Assembly (NCBI GenBank): GCA_964016885.1
Contig: OZ024740.1
Coordinates: 309,876,001-309,940,000 of the forward strand
Source: Eledone cirrhosa
Lineage: Eukaryota
Length of the DNA stretch: 64,000 nt
Direction of reading: 5' to 3'
Under the pieces are notes generated by a model, which ran no database searches, was not told where the DNA came from, and saw only the letters and a program-made list of their open reading frames with translations. Shown here piece by piece: positions 53,045-64,000 of the stretch; position 1 is the stretch's first letter; every line of letters starts with the position of its first letter. The translations under genes were made by a program, and so were the position numbers.

Positions 53045-56000
53045 TATATAGCTTCTGTCGAATGTCTGCCAGTCATTTCGGACGTAATTCTAATCGATAA
53101 TATCGATGCCTTTACGTATTTATTTAAGTTTGGTACGAACTTTATATGCCTTATTTTTGTCGAACACCTATTTTTTGCTGCTTGAACAAAAATAGATGTG
53201 AACAGACCCGAAAATACAAAATTCAAAACACGCACACACAAACAAAATATACAAGCGCGCTTCTTCTAAATTGAAATTTATGTAAATATATGATCTCTAA
53301 TTAAAAACAATAATGATTGTCAAGTCTTTGTGTTTGCTTTTGTACGAGATAATACATATGTACTATTTTTTAAATTACTATGGGATATTTATGAGTTGAA
53401 TGACAGCTTCCTGTTCGACATCTCATATTCAAGTTGCACAGAGATGTTATGCCGTTGTAGTCACCATAGAAGTGATGTGTTTCTGTCACAGAGTATTGTA
53501 AAGAATTATAGACAAATATGTGATTGAAAATTCGTAATTACTACCTCATTAATCACCAATGATTTTAATAGGTTTTTATGCTGCTAGGCAGAATTGTCCT
53601 TATAACAAATTAAAATGTATTTATTAAAACTAAAATGCTATGCTTTGTGTTACTTTCAAAACTGCAATCTTATGATATTTGTTAGGTTTTATATTTAGAT
53701 ACATTCCCGACTGACCTTGTAGACCTATGTTTATTCGTTTAGTCAGTCTTAACTTTCGCAATAGTCTGTATGGTGTAGATCCCCATCCAGACAAAGTGGA
53801 ATAATTATCTATGACCGAATGTATGTAATTAGAAACTTAAGAGTTTGACTGTAGAGGTTTTTCAGTATAGTCCAATTGATAGGTAAGTTCTTTGATTGAT
53901 GCTTTTGCATGTGAAAAGCCGTATCTTAAGGATTAACATGTTTTGTAAAACTTAGAAGTAAAGTTTCTTATATAAATGTGTCGTTATTTTGACTACCAAA
54001 CGTGACATAATCCGTTGCAAAATTGAAAAGCACAATATATTTTAATAGGGTAAATTAGTAATCGAGTTTTTTCTCGAAATAGTATCGCAAAATGATTTGA
54101 CTGTAGGGGAATGATAATGCAAACTAAGAAAATCACTTCCGTTACGTCAGCAGAAATTACAATCATATGATATGGTATGGTCACTTTACATTTATTATAT
54201 TTTCATAAATTTCTGTATCGAAATTAACGGTGATGGGTCGTTATACAAATCCGTTGGTAGTTACGTGATATTCAAGGGCCAATAGATTCAGGTCACCTGA
54301 AAGAGAGATTCTAAATCCCAGAGCCAGGGCCTGTGACATATAATTTACATATACTTATTTCATCATTATATTTGTTTGTTTAAATGATATGCATTACCTA
54401 AAATAATAGTGTTAAGAATTTGCTGAAAACGCACAACAATGGTACTAATGTTGGTTAAAATTGCCAAAATATTATATATATAGACGGTCTTCAAGTTGTT
54501 ATTTCTAGTAACAGTATAAGCCTGACATACAGTCATAATATCTTAGGAGATTTGAGAACGTATCACTGCATTTGGTATTATAATGCTCTGCTAAACCAGG
54601 GTTGACCTATTGCAAAAGAACGTCCATTAAACATTTCCATATTCTTTATTTATTGAATATTATGGCTTATGGAATAGTATCTCACGATTATCGCATCAGA
54701 CATGGAATGGCGAATCAAGAAACACTCCAAAATAATGGAATGCGGTCTACTCATATTTAAGAATTCTGCTGCTTTTGTTCAAATGGCAATAAAGATTATC
54801 TAAATAGATATATTGTAATCTACTTCCAGAAACTTACACTTCAAACTCATTTTCACTCCTAATCAAATCTGTTATTTCCCACAGTTGGAGAAAATGAATT
54901 TATTTTCATTCTATTAATTCCCAATGTATTTCAAGATTTTTAAATATATTTTAAATTAATTATGTCTTTGGTGTTTATAATAATATTTGAATCTGTGATG
55001 GCATTATATTGTTTCAGCAGCCATGAAAATTCAAAGCTATAAAATGAGATTTCCGACAGAGAAATATTACGTCGTCATTGTTTATGTTCTTCAACTATAC
55101 TGATTGTTTTATTCATATAACTCAACAATATTTAATGATGCAGTTGAATACATATTTATGGTATTTCTTTCTTAAAATGTAGTGTATTAAACCGCATGGA
55201 TCGAATAATATGCTGGTAGTTCTAAATTAAGATGTATACGATATTTTTCTCTATCAATATTCAGTAGTGGGGAAAATCACGAATAAAAGAACTGTGAACC
55301 CAAATCAAAAAGAAGCGGACTTGGTAAGCCAGTGAGATCATTTTGTCAGACACTCTCATGAGTTCTTGCGCATGTCAGCATGTTATTATGACGCATGTCA
55401 GATATTAGCTGCAACTCTATAAACAAGTATTTGAGAATTTTGATATACCTAGTCTATGAATGAGAGCGTTCCTTCCTTGTACAAAATATGGTGGTGCGTT
55501 TTTATGTTAACATACAAAATGGATAGGTTTCTCACACTCTATAGGAATAGTGAAATATATAGATATCGACAAGGCTCTAAATATTGCCCAGCATAATTTC
55601 AGCTTGGAGTATTGATTTTAATTTCACCTGGTGGCGATATAAATCAAGAAAAGATAAATATAGTGTACGTATCCGAGCAATTGTCACACGATCAATTATT
55701 CTCTCCTGACTGCACGATCCAAAATAATTTCCATTTGATGCTAATGAGACTACATAAATCAGAATGATTTTCAAATTAATGCTGATAATCGAAGATAATT
55801 TGAATCGCATCTGCAACGTTTATGTTACAAGCGCAACGATATGTATAGTTATACTGATTATTTTTGTAAGGTTATATTGGTTATTTATATGAAATAATTA
55901 ATCCTAGATATATACGTATGTTTGATTTACATCAATGTAATGCAATGCAATCTCTTGTTGCTATGGATTTAAGCCCCATTTACAGGTTATCATTAATTCA

Positions 56001-58749
56001 TCCGATATCACGGTAGTATTAGAAGCAGTAAAGTAACGGTTTAATAGCGGCAAAGCAGTTTTGTTTAACACTTTACATTGCGAGTGTACAACAAATACAT
56101 AATATTTCCTGGAAAAATCTCATTCTGATTCAATTTATATTCAATATTGCTTTATATGGCATATGTTATTTTATACGTCAATTCCTCTATTATATTGAAC
56201 AATGAGTATCATCGTTTTCATCCTGGATCTTCTCATGCTTACTTTCTTCGGACGAGGAAATTGTTTTTTTTGCTACTTCTCACTTTGCCACTTTATCTCT
56301 GGCTCACACTCGAACACCCATCTTCTGCTATTATATAATCCAAGAAATGTGGATGGGATTATCTACCTCAGGTCACTCTTTGTTTAGGGACACCATTATC
56401 CTCACCAAATTGCCTGTAACCAGCCCCATGGAGAGAGTGCTCCTCAGTGCTGCAATAAAGGCCAAAGTAGCAAGGGGTGCACATATGTGTCATACATCTC
56501 TTTGAAAAAGTGACTATGACACTAGTAATTTGACAAATGCTATCCTCAACCTCACAAATACAAATACTTGAAGGGACTGGTTGCGCGGTAGCTCCATGCG
56601 GAAGAAGGTTTTCTAAAATCGGTCGTCGAAATGTTTTCTGAACTCGAGTGTTGCTAAATATTTGATAGTCCCATCTTTTAATTCTTTTCTTAAGCTTAAT
56701 TTTGCTCTGTTTCCCACCTAAAGATCACACAAAAGAAACGTTGTTAAATACAAATTTTCGGTCTAATTTTCAGTAAACTATATAAGAATACAAAATTAAT
56801 TATAAGTGTATTTTGGAATATAACACATAAACACATTATATTCCATTAATTAGAAACGTAGCAATAATTAGGCTGCTGTTTGATTAATATAAATTTTATA
56901 AATGATATGGCGCATCCTTTTCAGGTCAATTCTCTCATAGATTTATGATGTTGATATATTATTATTAAATAATATTTAAAAGTTATCAGATTCTTATTCT
57001 AGCATCTGAAAATAGCCAAGGCAAATCGTTTTTGTAATCTCAGACGTTCGTTCGGTAAATACGCTTAAAAGATACTCAATTTACTCAGTAAAATGTTTAT
57101 ATAATAGACAACCTTGAAGTAAATAGCATCGTACAAATCACTCTATGATGAGTAGCTTGATATCGAAAACATCGTGAAGTAAATGTGTCACCAAATATTG
57201 CTGATTTACGAACAATTATGTGGTTAATAAAATAACTGAATATATTTAACAGTTAAAATGCGTTCAATGAATTGCTTTCTATCTCATTTAAGTATATAGT
57301 ATTGGATGACTCCCAACCAGAGGTATCACTTGGTAATATGGGCTGAGAGGTAAAATCGAATATACTCGAGATAATATATCAACTATTGTTAGTGATTATA
57401 TTAACATATATAATTATATGAATATGCATGAAATATACGCGCACACAGAAACCTTCTTACCAAATTGATATTTTGGTGGAGAAACCAACCTAATATTAAC
57501 AAACCTCAAAGCAATTTGGAGAAACATTAGAGGAAAAAAGAACTAACCTTTGATTTACATTATTGAATCGAGAAAGAGTGATCTCTGCTTACAAGTAAAG
57601 AAAAAGTATGGATATGAGTCACAAAATTACACCACATCAGCACAGTAAAATTTACGCAGCCACGTTCATCATTTTGACTAAGGATTTGAGATTTGTATTA
57701 GTGATACTGTACAGGAAGAAAGGAATTCCTCCCCATTTGTTGGCACAAAAGTACAACTTAATATGGAAATACGGATTGAAACGTCTTCATATTTCATTAT
57801 ATTTGAACGGACAGAGGTTGTCACCGTTTTTCAAAAGGCGGTATTTTGGTAGAGTGTTCTGGAAATGTTGAAGATTCCGCAGGGGAGTGTATACAAGAAG
57901 TGAAATTGCTATGCACTATCTGCATTTCTCATATTCTGTTACGCAGTCAAAGGGGAATCAACATGGATCTCTCTAAATAATTTATTTGTAAATGTTTACT
58001 TTATGACTCTAAATCTGGCCTAAGCGCAGCACCATCACCAGTCGTTGAATTACAATGCCTTTGAGTCCCATATCATGTCTGAATCTAGTGCTAGATGAAT
58101 ATATCCTTGAAGATATCCCTCATGCAGTACGTCCATCTGACTGCAATGACTAGCAACTACTTCAGAAGACGAAAACACCAGTGTCAACGACAATAAGGAC
58201 TAATAATATTACGACGCCCACGAAACAGCAGAAAAATATAACATGAATTCCCCACTATTGGAAAATGTTCACATCGCCTCTATCACCACAACCTCCGCCA
58301 CTACCAACACCAGGAGAAGCCTCACAACCACAGGAACAAGAACAAAAACTCCAACACAATCAAACCACAGCTACTAGCACCAACAATATCGCCAACACCA
58401 CTACAGCAACAAGAAATATTATAGAAACCAACAAACGAAAATGGCAGTGACAATAACGAAAACAAAAATGGCAACAACAACAATAGAAAAGTCAACGATT
58501 ACAACATACCACCACACGTATATTATATGGTCATATCAGAAAAAAGTCTCAGATTTGGCAAAAGCGGACAAACTTATATTTGATAAAACACGAGCCTACA
58601 TAGCCATCTCACCCAAGGAGTTGGCAGTCAATTTCAAACTATTCTCATTTATCGATCTATATTCACAAAGACGAGCGCAACTGAAGGCTCTGTCACACGC
58701 ATAAGTATAAAGAGCCCTCAAAATGAAAATGCCTGGCATCCTACATATT

Positions 58750-59430
58750 TCAAGTATTTGATAGATATTTAGGGATTTCAGTGAACATTAAAAGTGAAGA
58801 CCACGCTGTCACGCATTCCATAGTTACCTTTATGTATAGGTTTTCTCTGGCTAGATATAGGGCAGTGATCTGGATAGTAACTGATTGTTTCAGAGGAGAC
58901 GCTGTTGCTAAGAGATGAGTTGTAGTAGGGCGCTGCTCTGTCATAGATGACTTTGCTAGAAGAGGTGTTATATACCCTCGTGCTGGCGTTATTAATGACA
59001 TTTTATAAAACTATAGGGGGGTCGACTAGATTCCTTATGAATGTACCTTAGTTTTGCAATGGATTTGTAGAATGATCTGTATAAGCATGTAAGTAGGTCT
59101 ACATTAACGTCTAATCTGATTAGGTTTCGACTGTTGTCTAATAGCTATATTAATGTTTATATGTATGATTTCACTAACAGATCCTAATTCAGTTTTAGTA
59201 GCGTTTATGAATTTACAAGTTCGTTTATTAGTGAAGTAATCCTTATGATCCTTAAGTGTAATATAAACATCTCTCCCAGCCAAGCAGTCTAATTTTTCTA
59301 CTTTGAAGGTGGTAGCTATATGCTTCGCCTCAGATTTTTCATATTTAGACTGTATGACCTTGTACATAATTTGGTTGAAGGTAGAGTGATCAAGTTCATA
59401 AAAATTGTTTGATTTATCATATTTATAGGA
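58750..59430 (-). pseudogene. Decayed PLE RT fragment
   Basis: YDKSNNFYE..VYITLKDHKDYF..CKFINATKTELGSVS resembles the PLE RT fingers region, as at ~33330-33620. Confidence 0.65.
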
Positions 59431-59609
59431 GAGAGTGAGAGGAAGAGAGATACACCACCATTCAGGCACACATCTCTCTATCTCACTTAATTTTGGTTAA
59501 TCATCCAAACGTGACACCAGTAATGTTATTATTAATAAACTTTCTTCATTGCTCCAACTGCAGTTTCAACTTTTTTCTCATATGAAAGAAGTTGAAAATA
59601 TTCGCATGT

Positions 59610-59647
59610 TCATACATACATATATATATAAATATATATACATACAC

Positions 59648-59680
<33 letters not shown>

Positions 59681-59759
59681 CATACACACATACATGCGTA
59701 CACATATACATACATATATGCCTACACATATACATACATACATATATATATATACATAC

Positions 59760-59844
<85 letters not shown>

Positions 59845-59911
59845 CTTATATATATATACACATATATATATGTGTGTATTTGTATATATATATATATATC
59901 AATACATTTGT

Positions 59912-59949
<38 letters not shown>

Positions 59950-59962
59950 TTGTATATATATA

Positions 59963-60010
<48 letters not shown>

Positions 60011-60090
60011 TATGTGTGTGTGTGAGTGTGTATGTATGTTTGTATGTATATATGTATGTCTGTATGCGTGTATATATGTATGTCTATATG
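59610..60090. repeat. (TA)n/(TACA)n compound microsatellite
   Basis: Read directly from the sequence. Confidence 0.95.
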
Positions 60091-60828
60091 TTTTTCACAT
60101 GTGTAAATATGTTGTTTTAGCTATTGAACTGCGGATGGTTGGGCACCATCTTTATGGTTTAGTCAATTCTATCGATAGCAATATATATTTCAGTCTTGAA
60201 TTTATCATATCGATCATTATTTGTTTAATCGTCTTTATGAATCATAAAGAAATATGATATAAACACCCACAGAGATATAAAAACACTTGACTGTTCACGC
60301 ACACACATACACACACAATTATTACACAAATTCCCACATTAGTGTATGTACGTGTATACTCAGTTGGATTATATAACATGTACATTAATTTTCAGTGCAT
60401 CATTCATAAAACCACACATTGGCACATGTCTCTTGCGCCAATGTATAGGTTTATCATAATTACGCATATCTCTATGTGTCCACCTTGTGGACGCAGCAAC
60501 GTTTGTAATATAACATTCCAGATATATGCCAATAAAATGTTACCAAATTGGAACCGAATGGAAAAATCAATATTCTGAAGTTGACATTTGTTTAATACCT
60601 CACAAGTTGATAGCCTTCCAGATCGTTATGTTCTGTGTCATAACTAGATATAATATATCTGACGGCTTTGCTATTCATCAGTCACCTTTTACACATGACT
60701 GATATATTACAGAAGAAGGAATTTATGTGCAGAAAGTGGATTAATCCTTTTATTAAGAAAAGGAAGGTATTAGTTTGTGCCCCCCCCCCCCCCCCCCACG
60801 CACAATTATTTATACGACTTCTTTTATA

Positions 60829-60871
<43 letters not shown>

Positions 60872-61117
60872 TCTACGAATTCTTTTATACCATAAAGCGT
60901 GGTTCTGTCTTTGCGTGTAATTGTTTTTCACCGCTCCTATTAATGACGTATTATATTCGTTTTTTCCCGTTCTTTGCCAGGGAATGTTTTCACGAACCAA
61001 AGTATCGTCTTCCTGTCTTCCTCCGGTTGCAACGTTTTTTGAAATATCCACTTCTGCGTTTACAGATTGACTTTGTTAGTTTCAGAAGATCCCGTTAAGG
61101 GTGAAAGCAGCGATTCT

Positions 61118-61168
<51 letters not shown>

Positions 61169-61291
61169 GTATATGATCTTTAAGGCGAAGAAATACCAAT
61201 GATGGCTGGAAGATCACTGATGACGGACGCCTCGTTTTCTCGTTCTAATTTATTCATATGTATCCCATTTGCAACAACGCAGCACGCCATT

Positions 61292-61335
<44 letters not shown>

Positions 61336-61535
61336 GTGAGGTTTTTTTTACAAAATGAAAAACAACCGAGGTGTCCTACACGAGTGAAAGTATAAGGAAA
61401 AAAGATGAAATCGAAAATGCAACTGGAGTCTTTTTTTTTTTAAATATATATATATATTTGGTTCCATTACCGGTTTCGCAGTTCTTCTGCTTTTCAAAAG
61501 TAGAATTGAGATGGAAGGTCTGTGGTTTTTCTCAC

Positions 61536-61614
<79 letters not shown>

Positions 61615-61627
61615 TAAATATATATAA

Positions 61628-61711
<84 letters not shown>

Positions 61712-61787
61712 ATGTGTGTGTGTGTGTCTGTCTGTGTGTGTGTCTGTCTATGTGTGTGTGCATCAAGCTTAATATAGAAATGGGTTG

Positions 61788-61838
61788 TACAGGACTAGAG
61801 ATGTTTCGTTCAAAAGAAATCATCAGCAAAGCCCTGTA
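61788..61838 (-). ncRNA. Minimal hammerhead-like motif
   Basis: tacagggctttg-CTGATGA-tttc(tttt)gaac-GAAA-catc-TC-tagtcctgta. 9-bp distal stem I, imperfect pairing next to the core. Confidence 0.5.
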
Positions 61839-61910
61839 GTAAAATTGATGTTTACATTCTGCTTATATTTTGATTACCATACTAACGGTGGTTATCCCTG
61901 ATTGAACCCT

Positions 61911-62010
<100 letters not shown>

Positions 62011-62046
62011 ACACACCCTCACACATACACACACATCACACACACC

Positions 62047-62077
<31 letters not shown>

Positions 62078-62104
62078 TCTCTCTCTCTCTCTCACACTCA
62101 CACG

Positions 62105-62143
<39 letters not shown>

Positions 62144-63080
62144 AGGGAGAGAGAGGGATGTCGAGAGAGTGAAAGAAGAGAAAGAAAGAGATAGATGGAT
62201 AGATAGATAGATAGATAGATGTGCGGGCAATTCTTCATCGCTCATCTCAAAACAATAAGACATAGGTGAACAGTTCTTTTCTCAACTCCACAGCAAAATT
62301 TGACTGAACATAACTCATAGTATTATTTTCAGTGTTGCGTCAGTATAACTGCATTTTATCTGTTCTATCAATAATTGAAAAAGAAGCTGTGTTAATATGC
62401 TAATGCGATTCTCTTATTAACGATCATGTATCCCAGAGGAATTAAATTGAATGCATTTTTTCTAAAGGATGGCTTTTTAAATTTATTTTTATATCATATG
62501 ATAATGGTCAAATGGGCAGAGAATATTTGCATATTTAGCCTAATTTACGTTCAGATTTTATATCGCACTGAGAATGACATTGCTGTTGTAAGATATCCAG
62601 TCAAATTCTTCACACACAATTATTTTTAAAAGCTCTAACCTGCTCATACATTTATACAATAGTTCAAACTTTAAAAGTAATGAGGAGACGATATTATATA
62701 AGAAAATATAGGTTATAAGAATTTAAATTGCGAGGGATGAATTTCATTTTCATCTGTCTGTACGTAAGGTCGGTAGCAATTCTTAATACGTATCATGTTA
62801 TATCTGCGTGAAAGCATCGATTCATAACTAGGGGAAATATTTTATATCATATATAGGAAGACATTCCGGAAATGTTTATCGGGGTGTGGTGAGATTTACT
62901 GCTAATACTATGGGATAAGGAAAATATGTTATTTATTTATATTTTATTTTATGTGTATGGGACAATCTATAAATGTAATCTAGTAAATGGACAATTATTT
63001 ATAGATTAACATAAAAGTAGTGCTAAGGTTTTGTGTGTTTCTCTATCAAAGTCTCCAAGTAGTGGCCTTATAATAAGAAT

Positions 63081-63272
63081 AATTGTTTTTACTTTTGGCA
63101 CAGGGCTAGCAATTATTCCAGTGCATTACTGGTACTTTATTTTATCAACCACGTAAAGGATGAAAGGCAAAGTAAACCTCGGCAGGATCTGAACTCAGAA
63201 CGTAAAGGGCCATAACTCTATGCTGTAAAGCACGGTGTCTGACGCTCTACCAATGCTGCCAATTCACCGCCC
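63081..63272 (-). mobile_element. SINE family A, full length
   Basis: Reverse complement of 4362-4577 and 12422-12610. Confidence 0.8.
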
Positions 63273-63859
63273 TTTAATAAGAATAATACACGTGAAACAC
63301 GACACTAGTTACCGGCACAAACTATATATCAATATATATATATATATATATATATATGAATTGCTCTATGTCAGACTTTCAGACTTTCGAGAAGACCTAG
63401 GATCAACGTCCTGCAATACAGAATTTTTGCGATCATTTGAGAATTAAATTATCTACTTTATTCTAAGATAGTCGAATCTCATTTCAAATATATTTAACTC
63501 TTCTAGTAGTTCTAACAAATGTTGTAAAGCATTTATGCACGTTCGAAGAAAATATTCTAAAATGGCTTCTGACTAAATCTACGTGAAATTCTGGTTGCGT
63601 TTTGGTAGTAAACACTGATTTTGTATCCGTGAGATTATTTTGAATATAGTTTAATAAATCTCTGAAATACACCTTACAATTAAATATTACAAGATAAACC
63701 TCATCAGCTCTCATCTTGTGTAGGTTCGATGAGTATGAGAGGAATATATTTTTTATGCACACGCGTGCATAAATATATGCATGCAACTATGTGTATGCTT
63801 ATACCACACAAAATACACAAACACAGATACACAAACATATATATATATACATATATAGG

Positions 63860-63992
63860 AAGAGCTAGGACCCCGATGGTTTCGACAGCTATTTCTGAAA
63901 TAGCTGTCGAAACGGCCGGAGCTCAGCCTTCGGAGTCCTAGTACTCTGATGCATTATGGTCCACCTGGTTCCTTACCACACTTCCTTCGTTA
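63860..63992. repeat. Member of the palindromic family seen at 52423-52900 and 36120-36200
   Basis: Shared tttcgac.gcta.ttc..gaa.tagc.gtcgaaacggc..gagctcagcc and ttatggtccacctgg motifs. Confidence 0.7.
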
Positions 63993-64000
63993 TATACATA

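Noticed and set aside
58020-58730. Decayed LINE 5' region or ORF1
   Set aside because: Only low-complexity A/C-rich composition; no diagnostic motif.
61180-61235. CTGATGA with upstream GAAA (type II HHR)
   Set aside because: No consistent stems I and III or UH site.

Overview
AT-rich, microsatellite-dense eukaryotic DNA, probably intronic or intergenic. The SINE and RTE motifs resemble octopus repeats, but that assignment is from recall and unverified. No complete host gene is visible; there is one candidate exon at 16631-16749. Most ORFs in the track are microsatellite artefacts. Mobile elements present: two Tx1/L1-clade LINEs, RTE-clade LINE fragments, at least six Penelope-like element (PLE) loci, one non-autonomous Helitron and many tRNA-derived SINEs. 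The main unexplained signal is about 17 hand-folded type I hammerhead ribozyme (HHR) motifs from about 11 sequence families. Some lie in PLE pseudo-LTRs, others in non-coding repeats, including a ~550-bp unit present in two circularly permuted, terminally redundant copies (retrozyme-like). The window also holds several inverted duplications, up to a 6.5-kb near-perfect palindrome, that end at (TA)n tracts. All folds and alignments were done by eye, so boundaries may be off by a few bases.
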